The notes under the pieces are model-generated. The model had not been told where the DNA came from. It did not search any database and was given only the letters and a program-made list of their open reading frames with translations. A DNA stretch of 64,000 bases from positions 27,457 through 91,456 of the forward strand of contig LFLC01000057.1 in the NCBI GenBank assembly GCA_001543015.1. The letters run 5' to 3'. Each line of letters begins with the position of its first letter. Position 1 is the stretch's first letter. Below are positions 47,491 to 57,674 of this stretch, piece after piece. Source of the stretch: Nitrosopumilus sp. LS_AOA. Lineage in GTDB: Archaea; Thermoproteota; Nitrososphaeria; Nitrososphaerales; Nitrosopumilaceae. A program made the translations under genes and the position numbers.

Positions 47491-48670
47491 TTCTCATCGC
47501 CTCCACGGGTAATTGCTTAGTAGCCCTATAGGATGGATATAGTGAAGCAATAATTGCTAAAATAAATGAAGTCAAAGCAGTTTGTATGATTTTTTCCCAG
47601 TTATAGGTGACTTCAAGAGGGAGACTGTTATTGAATGACATTTTTGTGACATCTGCATAGACGGTATAACCTAAACCTGCTGCAGTTCCTACTCCAGCTC
47701 CGATTGCTCCAATAATTATTCCTTGAAAAATAAAAATTAATAGAATGTCTTTTCTTTTAGCTCCAATTGCTCTCATAATCCCAATTTCTTTAGTTTTTCC
47801 ATTAACTAGCATTATCTGAATTGTAAGAATAGCAAATGCAGATGACCCCATTCCAAAATATCCTATCATACTAATCATTGCAATACCAGATCTAAAACCA
47901 GCAAGTTGTTGTTCAGCTGATTCTTCAATTGTTTCTGCAAGAAAATCTTCATTTGGAAATGAACGCAAAAAGAATTCTTTAACTTCTAATGCTTTTGAAG
48001 GATCATTTAGTTTGACCATAAGTGAACCTGTATCACCATGTCTATCCATCATATCACGTAAAGTATCAATATGTATAACTGCAGTATAATCAAATCCTTG
48101 ACCACCAGGAGAATTAGCAATGCCAGACACAGTAAATCTTCTAATTTGATCTTGACCATATCTATCAACTACAAGTACTTTGACACTGTCACCTACTTGA
48201 GCTCCTCCAAGATCTCTTGCAACATTAGATCCTAGTACAATAGTATTTCTTGAAAACACATAGTTTCCTTCTGTAACTGTTTCATGAACAGTTGATGCCC
48301 TAATGTCACGAAAAGGATCAATACCAACTAGGGGTACTCTAGATTCTTCAATTCGTTTTCCATTTTTTGTCATATTCATTTCAGCAGTTGATGTAAGCCG
48401 GGGCGTCGCCGCTTCAACAAATGGAATTCTTTCAAACCAATTCACAAGGGACAAATCAGACTTATCGATAAAATCAAATTCATCAGTTACAAGAATATCA
48501 CCATTTCTATAATCACTGATGTCTCGAACTATAGCATCAAACAATCCTTGAAAAATTACAAAATTTACATGAATTACCAAAATACCAATTGTTACAGCAA
48601 GTACTGCACCCATCAAACTCCCTTTTTTGTTGAAAAGCATTCTTTTTGCTAATCGTAACCGATAATCCAC
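47483..48670 (-). CDS. MacB/LolE-type ABC permease
   Basis: TM1, large external domain, KEIGIMRAIGA, YPSYRA. Confidence 0.9.
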   Translation of the reverse strand: MDYRLRLAKRMLFNKKGSLMGAVLAVTIGILVIHVNFVIFQGLFDAIVRDISDYRNGDILVTDEFDFIDKSDLSLVNWFERIPFVEAATPRLTSTAEMNMTKNGKRIEESRVPLVGIDPFRDIRASTVHETVTEGNYVFSRNTIVLGSNVARDLGGAQVGDSVKVLVVDRYGQDQIRRFTVSGIANSPGGQGFDYTAVIHIDTLRDMMDRHGDTGSLMVKLNDPSKALEVKEFFLRSFPNEDFLAETIEESAEQQLAGFRSGIAMISMIGYFGMGSSAFAILTIQIMLVNGKTKEIGIMRAIGAKRKDILLIFIFQGIIIGAIGAGVGTAAGLGYTVYADVTKMSFNNSLPLEVTYNWEKIIQTALTSFILAIIASLYPSYRATKQLPVEAMRTV

Positions 48671-48786
48671 AATAATTAATGAAATGTCTGATATTTAATG
48701 TATATGATAGATAATCATTTTATTCTAGACAATTTTATATGTAATTAGTAATTTCTTTATTCTATTGGAGGTAATTAAGTGATATA

Positions 48787-49689
48787 ATGGACAATTTAGA
48801 TATGAATATTCTAAACAGATTATTGAATAATTGTAGAGAATCTGATAGACAAATTGGAATTGAATTGGGGATTTCAGGCGGGGCAATACGAGCTAGAATT
48901 CAAAAAATGGAAAAAAATAAGGTGATTGAAAAATTTTTCATAAAAGTTGAACCTCCAGTGTTAGGAAATGGTGTGATATACTTTGTTGTATCAGGAGAAA
49001 ATATGGATGAAGTTTTAGAGCAAATTAGTCTAGTAGGAGAACCGTTTTTGGTTGTACCATGTATTGGTGGAGTAACAGTTTGTAGTATAGTAATAAAAGA
49101 AAATTTGGAACAAAAAATTGAACTTGCAAAAAAATTGATGAAAGATGTAAGGGTGTTATCTATTTTTGAAGCAGAAAATCCAGGTTTTAATTCTAGTTTT
49201 ACGAAAACAGATTTTGAAATTCTAGAAGAATTAATTAAAGATCCAAGACAAAAAATTGAAAAAATTGCAAAAAATACAAACATGTCAACAAAAACAATAA
49301 CAAGATGTATTGATAAATTTCAAAAAAATGATGGAATTCAATTTACTTTAATTTATGATCCTAAACGAATTGAAAATTTCATTCCTCATGCCATACTAAC
49401 TTGGATAGATGGAGATCTAAAAGAAACATTAGAAATCATGGACAATGTATTTTCTAAATCATATCTACAAATTCCTTTTATTGCAAAAAATCAGATTGTA
49501 TTATTGATGTATAGTGAAAATGTTTTCAAAATGGATGAATTAACACAAAAAGTTAGAACGATTAAAAATGTAAAATCAGCTGATTTATTTATTCCAAAAA
49601 AAATTATGTTTTATAATAAATGGTTAGAAAGAGCTGTTACCGATTCTAAAAAATCATCTAAATTACATATTACATATCAAACAAATTAA
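48787..49689 (+). CDS. Tandem-domain Lrp/AsnC transcription regulator
   Basis: Two HTH units (DNLDMNILNRL..; KTDFEILEEL.KDPR); GGAGGT SD upstream. Confidence 0.85.
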   Translation: MDNLDMNILNRLLNNCRESDRQIGIELGISGGAIRARIQKMEKNKVIEKFFIKVEPPVLGNGVIYFVVSGENMDEVLEQISLVGEPFLVVPCIGGVTVCSIVIKENLEQKIELAKKLMKDVRVLSIFEAENPGFNSSFTKTDFEILEELIKDPRQKIEKIAKNTNMSTKTITRCIDKFQKNDGIQFTLIYDPKRIENFIPHAILTWIDGDLKETLEIMDNVFSKSYLQIPFIAKNQIVLLMYSENVFKMDELTQKVRTIKNVKSADLFIPKKIMFYNKWLERAVTDSKKSSKLHITYQTN

Positions 49690-49714
49690 ATAATAACAAT
49701 TTTTTAGATAAATA

Positions 49715-50230
49715 ATGAAGAAGACAAAAATCTATGAAGGGAAAATTTTAGGCTTGAGTGTTTATGAAGGAAAAATTGAAGGTAGAAAAGTAAAACGTGA
49801 AATAATAGAACACCGTGGTGCTGCAGCAATGCTTGCATTTGATGAAGGAAAAAAAGTAATTCTTGTCAAACAATATAGATTTCCTCATGGTTATGTTTTA
49901 GAAATTCCTGCAGGAACATTAGAAAAAGGAGAAAAACCAGTAAAGTGTGCATTTAGAGAATTACAAGAAGAAACAGGCTATAGTGCAAAAAAGATGACTC
50001 CTCTAATCACGTATTATCCATCAATTGGGTATAATCAGGAGGTGATTCATTGCTTCGTAGCCTCAGGATTAAAGAAAGTTGCAGATTTGAACTTAGATGA
50101 AGACGAGATATTATCTGTTGAGAAAATAGAGATGAAAAAATTACTAAGAATGATAAAAACAGGTAAAATTCAAGATTCAAAAACAATTTGTGCAGTTTTA
50201 ACATATGCTGCAAAAAAGAAACTATACTAA
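49715..50230 (+). CDS. NUDIX hydrolase (ADP-ribose pyrophosphatase-like)
   Basis: EIPAGTLE..E...[11 protein letters not shown]. Confidence 0.92.
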   Translation: MKKTKIYEGKILGLSVYEGKIEGRKVKREIIEHRGAAAMLAFDEGKKVILVKQYRFPHGYVLEIPAGTLEKGEKPVKCAFRELQEETGYSAKKMTPLITYYPSIGYNQEVIHCFVASGLKKVADLNLDEDEILSVEKIEMKKLLRMIKTGKIQDSKTICAVLTYAAKKKLY

Positions 50231-51211
50231 TTATTCATTATAGATAGGCTTTACAAGATCTGCAACATCAGCCCAATACTGTGCAATTTTTTCAAACATA
50301 TACAGTAAATCAAGAAAATTAATCGGCATATCTTTTTTATTTCCCAAAGATGTTTTTAATGAATTAAGATTTTTTTCATATTTTTTATGTAAAGAAATTG
50401 CCTCTATTGCTAATAATCTATCAGGTTTTGTAAATGCATTAATTGATTTTTCTGCAAGTTTATTGAAATCTTTTACAACTTTAAAAATTTTTTGAGAATA
50501 TTCTTTTGGTAAAGATGAATTATAAATAAAATTTGAAATCTCAACGATAGAATCACCTGCATTTTCAAGAAGATTTGCTGCAACTCTATAATCAAGAACA
50601 TCAATATTTTCTAAATTAAATACATTAGCTAATCTTCTATCAACTAGAGTACTACGAATTAAACGAACAAGCAAGAAATATTGTCTATTTACTTCAACAT
50701 CTCTATTTGATAATGTTTGTAAATTTGATTTATCATCTAAAATTAATCCATTTGATACATCATCATACATTCCAAGTGCAAGTGAACTCATTCTTTTTAG
50801 AATTTTTTCTGGATTAAGTGTTGTAGCATCTAAAAGAAATTGCATGTTAATGTGTGATGCATCTTCTTCAATAATTTCCATCCCTACAAGTCTTCTCATT
50901 GAATTACGAATTTTCTCTCTATCTTCACCAGGAATAGTTGTTTTTGAATTAATTTCAATTATATCATATCCTAAAAGATATGCTCCAGTAATGTCAGCAA
51001 CAATATTTTCTTCTTTAGGAAGGGGATATGAAATTTCAAGTTCTTTTGTTGGTCGGGTTTCTTTATTTGCTGAAATTGAAATAGTGTCATGTCCAGTTTC
51101 AATTTCAACTTGACTGCTTTTTTCTAGATTATTTGCATCAATCCACTCTTTTGGTAATGATACCAGAAGGCTACTTCCAATTCTTTGTAGGCGTCTAACA
51201 AATTTAGTCAA
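50231..51211 (-). CDS. AbrB-PhoU phosphate uptake regulator
   Basis: RRLQRIGSSLLVSLPKEW; GAYLLGYD; LENAGD. Confidence 0.88.
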   Translation of the reverse strand: MTKFVRRLQRIGSSLLVSLPKEWIDANNLEKSSQVEIETGHDTISISANKETRPTKELEISYPLPKEENIVADITGAYLLGYDIIEINSKTTIPGEDREKIRNSMRRLVGMEIIEEDASHINMQFLLDATTLNPEKILKRMSSLALGMYDDVSNGLILDDKSNLQTLSNRDVEVNRQYFLLVRLIRSTLVDRRLANVFNLENIDVLDYRVAANLLENAGDSIVEISNFIYNSSLPKEYSQKIFKVVKDFNKLAEKSINAFTKPDRLLAIEAISLHKKYEKNLNSLKTSLGNKKDMPINFLDLLYMFEKIAQYWADVADLVKPIYNE

Positions 51212-51275
51212 TTTATACTAGTATAATTAATTTAAGCCATATTCTTATATTTTGTGTTTAGTTTAAACTCAGATC

Positions 51276-52187
51276 ATGGAGGCAAAAGCATTTTGTCCTG
51301 CACATGTAACAGGCTTTTTCAAGGCTCATTTAGATGATAATCAAACTAATTTAGAAAATTTAGGTTCAATGGGTGCTGGTTTCTCAATCAAACAAGGTGT
51401 AACTACCAGAGTAAAAATTAATACAAAAAATAATCAAGAATCAAACTTTAGAATTTCAACAAAGGGGTATCAATCAGATAAAACAGATGTTTCAGAATAT
51501 GTTTTAAATGAATTTTTAAAACTAGATGATTTTTCAACCAAGTTTTTTGATATTGAACATGAAATATCAATTCCAGTAGGATATGGATTAGGTTCAAGTG
51601 GTGCAGTTGCATTATCGCTGTCCTTTGCATTAGATCAAGCACTTGGTACAAAATTAGATAGAACAATGATTGGGCAAATCGCACATAATGCAGAAGTGAG
51701 TTGTAAAACAGGATTAGGAGATGTCTTAGCATCATATCATGGGGGTTTTGAAATTCGTATCAAACCAGGAGCACCTGGAATTGGAAGTGTTGAAAAAATT
51801 GCTATAGAAAAAATTTCAATTATAATGATTTGTTTTTCTCCAATATCTACAAACAAATTCATCAAAGAACGTTTGTCTCAGATAAATGGTCTTGGTGGAA
51901 AAATGGTAAACAGATTACTAGAATCAAAAAATTATGAACATTTTCAAGACATGTCATTAGAATTTGCAAAATATGTAGATGTAATGACACCAAGAATGCA
52001 AAAGTTAGTTGATGATTTTGCAAAAAATAATATTAAATGTGGAATTGCACTTTTTGGAGAAACAGTTTTTTCAATGATTTCAAAAGATGATGAAGATAAA
52101 GTTCTGAAGATTTTGCAAAAATATCCAGAGGGTATTATTATAAAATCAGAACTAGACAATAATGGTGCACGAATTCTTAAAAATTAG
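51276..52187 (+). CDS. Pantoate kinase (GHMP family)
   Basis: PAHVTGFF, PVGYGLGSSG, AHNAEV..KTGLGDV. Confidence 0.92.
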   Translation: MEAKAFCPAHVTGFFKAHLDDNQTNLENLGSMGAGFSIKQGVTTRVKINTKNNQESNFRISTKGYQSDKTDVSEYVLNEFLKLDDFSTKFFDIEHEISIPVGYGLGSSGAVALSLSFALDQALGTKLDRTMIGQIAHNAEVSCKTGLGDVLASYHGGFEIRIKPGAPGIGSVEKIAIEKISIIMICFSPISTNKFIKERLSQINGLGGKMVNRLLESKNYEHFQDMSLEFAKYVDVMTPRMQKLVDDFAKNNIKCGIALFGETVFSMISKDDEDKVLKILQKYPEGIIIKSELDNNGARILKN

Positions 52188-52197
52188 CTGAAATCAT

Positions 52198-52962
52198 ATG
52201 CCTTTAATTCCAAAGTCTCATCCACGAGTAAAATCTCTATTAATTCGCGAGAAACTAGTAGATGGATTTGAGCGCGGGTTAGTTGCAAAAGAAGGACTTT
52301 TGGCACAAGGAAGAGGTGAAGCATTTGATTATCTGTTAGGAGAGAAAACTGGTAAATCTGCAAAACATGCAATCAAAGCAGCTGCTGCACAATTACTTTT
52401 AGCAAAAATGCCGGTAATCTCAGTTAATGGAAATGTTGCAGCATTATGTCCCAAACAAATTGTAAAATTATCAAAACAAACCAAAGCAAAGCTTGAAGTA
52501 AATTTGTTTTATGCAAATCAAAAGAGAAAAAATGCAATAATTAAAACTCTCAAAAATAATGGGGCAAAAGAAATTCTAGGTACAAATTATAAAACATCTA
52601 CTAAATTATCAGGAATTGATTCAGCTAGAAGAATTGTAGATAGGAATGGAATTTTTGCAGCTGATGTTGTAGTTGTTCCATTAGAAGATGGTGATAGAAC
52701 AATTGCGCTTAGAAAGGCAGGAAAAAAAGTTATTACATTTGATCTAAATCCTCTATCAAGAACATCACAGACAGCAAATATTACAATCGTAGATAATGTA
52801 ACACGAGCAATTGATTTACTAATTAATGAATCAAAAAAACTATCTAAAAAAAATATCAAAGTTCTTCAAAAAATTGTTGATGAGTTTGATAATAAGAAAA
52901 ATCTTGCAGAAAATGTGATTCAGATAAAAAATAATCTTACAAGGAGAGCAAGAATTGCATAA
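52198..52962 (+). CDS. Phosphopantothenate synthetase
   Basis: SHPR..SL..RE, GRGEAFDYLLGE, PLEDGDR, DLNPLSRT. Confidence 0.93.
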   Translation: MPLIPKSHPRVKSLLIREKLVDGFERGLVAKEGLLAQGRGEAFDYLLGEKTGKSAKHAIKAAAAQLLLAKMPVISVNGNVAALCPKQIVKLSKQTKAKLEVNLFYANQKRKNAIIKTLKNNGAKEILGTNYKTSTKLSGIDSARRIVDRNGIFAADVVVVPLEDGDRTIALRKAGKKVITFDLNPLSRTSQTANITIVDNVTRAIDLLINESKKLSKKNIKVLQKIVDEFDNKKNLAENVIQIKNNLTRRARIA

Positions 52963-53794
52963 ATCTGTTCAAGATATAATTAATATGAAAAAAGAGAAAA
53001 AGAAAATCTCAGTTATTACAAGTTATGATTATACTCTAGCTTCACTATGTGATAAAGCAGGAATAGATGTACTACTAGTTGGGGATAGTGCAGGAATGGT
53101 AATGCTAGGTTACGAGAATACAATTCCTGTAACCATGGATCAAATGTGCATGTTTACTGAAGCAGTTAGCAGGGCAAGAATAAATTCACTGCTTGTAGCA
53201 GATTTACCATTTATGTCGTATCAGGCAAGTATAGAGGATGCAATAAACAATTCTGGTAGATTAATCAAGGCAGGAGCTGATACTGTAAAACTTGAAGGCG
53301 GTTCAATAATGGCTGAGACAATTAGTGCAATTGTAGATATAGGAATTCCAGTTATGGGTCATATTGGATTACAACCACAAACAACTATGCTTTCAGAAGG
53401 ATACAAAGTACAAGGAAAAACAAAAGATTCCGCATTGAAATTGATTGAGGATGCAAAAGAGTTGGAGGAGGCAGGAGTGTATAGTATTGCATTAGAAATG
53501 GTAAGCCATGAAGTAGCAGAAATTATTTCAGAAACAGTTAGTGTGCCAACAATTGGGATTGGTTCTGGAGTGAACTGTGATGGTCAAGTTCTAGTTGTTC
53601 AGGATTTACTTGGAATGTATGAAAAAATTAAACCAAAATTTGCAAAAAGATACATGAATTTATCTGAGGATATAGTAAATTCACTTAAAAATTTCAAAAA
53701 AGATGTTGAATCAAGTACATTTCCTGCAGAAGAAAACTGGTTTTCAATGAATGGTGATGAGTTAAAGAAATTACGTGAGCAGATTGGTAGTTAA
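52955..53794 (+). CDS. panB: Ketopantoate hydroxymethyltransferase
   Basis: LVGDS, ADLPF, VKLEGG, GHIGL, DGQVLV. Confidence 0.96.
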   Translation: MHKSVQDIINMKKEKKKISVITSYDYTLASLCDKAGIDVLLVGDSAGMVMLGYENTIPVTMDQMCMFTEAVSRARINSLLVADLPFMSYQASIEDAINNSGRLIKAGADTVKLEGGSIMAETISAIVDIGIPVMGHIGLQPQTTMLSEGYKVQGKTKDSALKLIEDAKELEEAGVYSIALEMVSHEVAEIISETVSVPTIGIGSGVNCDGQVLVVQDLLGMYEKIKPKFAKRYMNLSEDIVNSLKNFKKDVESSTFPAEENWFSMNGDELKKLREQIGS

Positions 53795-55034
53795 AAAGAA
53801 AATAAAGAGAAAAGATCATCCATCATTAGATATTGTTAGTTCATACGGTATTGAATTATCTGGAAAAAGAATTGTACTTTGTGTTGCAGGAAGTGTTGCA
53901 GCATACAAAGCAATTGAACTTGCAAGATTACTAATGAGACATGGAGCAGATGTTAGATGTGTAACAAGTAATGCTGTTTTAAAATTAATCCAACCTGATT
54001 ATTTCAAATGGGCTACAGGAAATGAGGTAATAACAAAGCTAACAGGTGAATTAGAACATATTAGATTAGCAGATTATAATCAATCAGATCTAATTATTGT
54101 ATATCCTGGAACTGCAAATACACTTGGAAAATTAGCAAATGGAATTGATGATACTCCCATTTCTACTGTACTTACTGTAGGATTTGGTTCTAAAATTCCA
54201 ATTTTAATGTGTCTTGCTATGCATGAATCAATGTATGATAATTCAGCTGTTAAAAAAAATATAGAATTTCTTAAAAATAAAATAAAATTTATTTCACCTC
54301 AACTAATTGAAGGAAAAGCTAAAGCACCTGAACCTGAAGATGTTTTACAACATGTTTTAATTAAATTTGGATTCTCATCTAGATTAAAAAATAAAAAAAT
54401 CTTAATGACTGCAGGACCAACAATAGAATACATTGATCCTGTTAGAGCAATTACAAATCTTAGTTCTGGAAAAACGGGTACACTTTTAGCTTCAGAATTG
54501 ATTTCTGCAGGTGCAAAAGTGACTTTAATTTATGGCCCAGGAAATCAAATTCCATCAAAAGGAATCAAAGTGATTAATGTTACAACAAGTAAAGAAATGT
54601 TTGATGTAACAAAAAAAGAACTAAAGAAAAAATATGACATTGTGATAATGGCTGCTGCAGTATCTGATTATACTCCAGAAAATCCATCCAAATCTAAAAT
54701 CAAAAGTAACAAAAAATCATTAGTAATTAGGCTCAAAAAATTTCCAAAAATCATAGATTATGTAAAAAAATATCAAAAAGACGTATTGTTAGTTGGGTTC
54801 AAAGCAGAAACTGATCTGACAAAAAATGCACTAATCAAATCAGCTCAAAAAAAGATGAAAGAGTCAGGTGCAGACATTATTGTTGCAAATGATATTGGTA
54901 AAAAATATCAAAAAAATCCAAACTATAATCATGTATTAATTGTAGATAGCAAAAAAATCACATCGTCTGGTTGGAAGAAAAAAGAAAAGATTGTGAAATT
55001 TATCAAAAAAGCAATTGAAAATAAAATGGAATGA
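53775..55034 (+). CDS. coaBC: Bifunctional phosphopantothenoylcysteine synthetase/decarboxylase
   Basis: GSVAAYKA, TAGPT.EYIDPVR..TNLSSG, AAAVSDY, GFKAET. Confidence 0.95.
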   Translation: MSRLVVKKKIKRKDHPSLDIVSSYGIELSGKRIVLCVAGSVAAYKAIELARLLMRHGADVRCVTSNAVLKLIQPDYFKWATGNEVITKLTGELEHIRLADYNQSDLIIVYPGTANTLGKLANGIDDTPISTVLTVGFGSKIPILMCLAMHESMYDNSAVKKNIEFLKNKIKFISPQLIEGKAKAPEPEDVLQHVLIKFGFSSRLKNKKILMTAGPTIEYIDPVRAITNLSSGKTGTLLASELISAGAKVTLIYGPGNQIPSKGIKVINVTTSKEMFDVTKKELKKKYDIVIMAAAVSDYTPENPSKSKIKSNKKSLVIRLKKFPKIIDYVKKYQKDVLLVGFKAETDLTKNALIKSAQKKMKESGADIIVANDIGKKYQKNPNYNHVLIVDSKKITSSGWKKKEKIVKFIKKAIENKME

Positions 55035-55210
55035 AAAATTCAGAACTCAAAAAATTGATTTCACAATATAAAGAAATTCAAATTAAACAAAAAAAGAAGC
55101 ATGTTGATAGCCTAAGATTATCTGAAAAACTAAAAGAAATAGAACATAGATATTTTCATGAAACAGGAAGAACATTAAAATCAGATTTAGAAAAGATCAA
55201 AGAAAGTTGA
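55031..55210 (+). CDS. Small helical hypothetical protein (59 aa)
   Basis: MKNSELKKLISQYKEIQ...IEHRYFHETGRTLKSDLEKIKES; overlaps both neighbours by 4 nt. Confidence 0.65.
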   Translation: MKNSELKKLISQYKEIQIKQKKKHVDSLRLSEKLKEIEHRYFHETGRTLKSDLEKIKES

Positions 55211-56049
55211 AAATAAAATCATCTGAATATAAAAAACGAAATATGTTAATTTGGAATGAGGTAGCTCCTAGATATCATAAAAGATGGGCAACAGCTAAAC
55301 ATGGTCCATTTCAAAGTACAAAAAAATTAGTTGATCTAGTTAAAGTTGAAAAAGGTAACCATATTCTTGATGTTGCATGTGGTACAGGTGTTGTAACAAA
55401 ATTTTTGAATCAAAAAGTTGGTAAATCAGGGTATGTGATTGGTGTTGATACATCAATTACAGCAATTAAAGTTGCAAAAAAATGGAATGAAAAAACTCCA
55501 AATCTTTTATTTGTTAATGCAGATGCTGAAAATTTTTTATTCAAAGAAAAGTTTGATATCATTACATGTCAATTTGCATTGTTTTTTTTCCCAAATTCTC
55601 AAAAAGCTCTAAAAAACATGAGAAACAGTCTTAGAAAAGAGGGGAAATTAGGAATTTCAGTTCATGGACATCCAGATAGAGTGCCATATTTTGATAGTAT
55701 CTTTGATGCAGTAACCCAGTTTATTCCAAATTATGTTCCACTAGGAACTCCAGATTTTGATAGATTTGGAACAAAAAAACAACTCAAAGATGAAATAAAA
55801 AAAGCTGGGTTTTCAAAAATCAAGGTAAATGATTATGATTTCCCATATAGTCCGGGTACATTTGAGCAATACTGGAAAAATTATTTGAGATACATTGCAA
55901 AACCAATCAAAGAAAAACTAGATAAATTAGAAAAATCTCAGAGAAAAGAACTCAAAGAAATGGTAAGAAAGAATACAAAACCATACACAAAAAGAAATGA
56001 AATAATACAATTTCCTTGGGAAGTTTTAATTTTAACTGCAAAATACTAG
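55207..56049 (+). CDS. Class I SAM-dependent methyltransferase
   Basis: ILDVACGTG, GVD, ADAE, FDII. Confidence 0.9.
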   Translation: MKIKSSEYKKRNMLIWNEVAPRYHKRWATAKHGPFQSTKKLVDLVKVEKGNHILDVACGTGVVTKFLNQKVGKSGYVIGVDTSITAIKVAKKWNEKTPNLLFVNADAENFLFKEKFDIITCQFALFFFPNSQKALKNMRNSLRKEGKLGISVHGHPDRVPYFDSIFDAVTQFIPNYVPLGTPDFDRFGTKKQLKDEIKKAGFSKIKVNDYDFPYSPGTFEQYWKNYLRYIAKPIKEKLDKLEKSQRKELKEMVRKNTKPYTKRNEIIQFPWEVLILTAKY

Positions 56050-56058
56050 GAAAATAGA

Positions 56059-56535
56059 ATGGTCAAAGACAAAAAGGAAGAAATTCCTAAAAAGAAAAAA
56101 GGATTAGCAGCGTTTCTTAAAAAAAGAGCACCATTTTACTTGGCAGCAATTGCATTAATCATAATATCTGCACAAGGTATACTATCAGAGAAAAATTTGG
56201 AAAGCAGTTTGCCAGAATTTTCTGCTGAAGAACAAAATGTGGTGGACATTTTGATGAAATATGATGGAGGTAATGGAGGCTATACAATGATGAATGCAAT
56301 AACTAATCAAATTGAAGAAGAGTATTCAGATGAAAAAGTCTTTGATCATAGAAAAACAGTTGTAGAGATGAGTGTTTCAAGTATAAATTCAGATGAACAT
56401 AGTGTGGATTTGAATTTTAAATCACATAAGGGTGAAATGAATTTTAATTGGAATGTAAATTCTGTAACTAAAAAGATTACATCAGATAATCCTGAATCAA
56501 AACATCTCATTGATGTAGTTGACTTTTACGATTAG
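56059..56535 (+). CDS. Membrane-anchored hypothetical protein
   Basis: Basic N-terminus, one TM, acidic domain. Confidence 0.7.
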   Translation: MVKDKKEEIPKKKKGLAAFLKKRAPFYLAAIALIIISAQGILSEKNLESSLPEFSAEEQNVVDILMKYDGGNGGYTMMNAITNQIEEEYSDEKVFDHRKTVVEMSVSSINSDEHSVDLNFKSHKGEMNFNWNVNSVTKKITSDNPESKHLIDVVDFYD

Positions 56536-56537
56536 AC

Positions 56538-57608
56538 TCAAATCGTGACTAAATCTTTAGTAAATTTATGCATCACAACAGGTCTATCTTTTACAATTAA
56601 CGAATCTTCAATTCGTATTCCAAATTTATTTTCAATATAGATTCCAGGTTCAACAGTTATTGCCATGTTTTCTTTTAATTGTATAGTACTTTTAGTTGAA
56701 ATGTTTGGTAGTTCATGCACTTCTAAACCAATTCCATGACCAGTAGAATGAATAAAATATTTACCAAAATTTTTTTCATCAATGTATTTTCTACATGCTA
56801 GATCTACATCTTTACAAAGTACATTATGTTTTACAGCTTTTAGTCCAAGTTTTTGAGATTCTTGAACAACATTGTATGCTTCATTTGCTTGAGTAGAAAT
56901 TTTCCCCAGTGCAAATGTCCTAGTTGAATCTGAAACATATCCTTTGTATCTTAATGTAAGATCAGTTACAACAAGATCACCTTTTTTAAATTTCCTTTGT
57001 GAAACTTGAGCATGAGGTAGTGCACCATTAGGACCTCCTGCAATGATTAAAGGGTTAAGTGTAGATTTGTATCCAGTATCAAACATTTGTTGTTCTAGAG
57101 CATATTTCATCAAAATTGTTTGTAATTCAGATTCTTTTTGACCAATTTTTATTTTTTTTACGCATAGTTCAAACATTTCATCTATTATTTTAGAACCTTT
57201 TTTGAGAATTTGAATTTCTTTCTCATCTTTTATCATTCGAGAATTGTAAAATGGTTCTGAAGATGATTTTATTTTTGGAATTGATTTTTTTAGTGACATC
57301 ATTATAGGATAATTTTGACAATCAGTACAAACTTTATTTTTCTTAATTTTTCCAATTAATGAGGAAATCAAACCAGTTCCTCGTTCTGCAGTAATAACAC
57401 TACAATCTACAGATTCATTTCTTGCTCTTCCCACTTCAAGTTCTGGAGCAATTATTGTGGTTTTTCCATTTTTTTCAAGTAATCCTATTGCCTCACCCCA
57501 AAATCCAGTCATGTAATACAAATTTTCAGGCTCAAATGTAACTAGAGTATCACATTCTATCTTTTGGGCATATTTTAAAAGATTTTTTCGGCGTTGTTTC
57601 ACGATCAA
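56538..57608 (-). CDS. Xaa-Pro aminopeptidase/prolidase (M24)
   Basis: PH, SDSTRT, HSTGHGIGLEVHE, TVEPGIY, RIED. Confidence 0.94.
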   Translation of the reverse strand: MIVKQRRKNLLKYAQKIECDTLVTFEPENLYYMTGFWGEAIGLLEKNGKTTIIAPELEVGRARNESVDCSVITAERGTGLISSLIGKIKKNKVCTDCQNYPIMMSLKKSIPKIKSSSEPFYNSRMIKDEKEIQILKKGSKIIDEMFELCVKKIKIGQKESELQTILMKYALEQQMFDTGYKSTLNPLIIAGGPNGALPHAQVSQRKFKKGDLVVTDLTLRYKGYVSDSTRTFALGKISTQANEAYNVVQESQKLGLKAVKHNVLCKDVDLACRKYIDEKNFGKYFIHSTGHGIGLEVHELPNISTKSTIQLKENMAITVEPGIYIENKFGIRIEDSLIVKDRPVVMHKFTKDLVTI

Positions 57609-57674
57609 AAAATCTCTGTTTCTTAATTTATGTATGATGTAAAGTTTGTATATGGAAATTTAGTATTGATCGCA

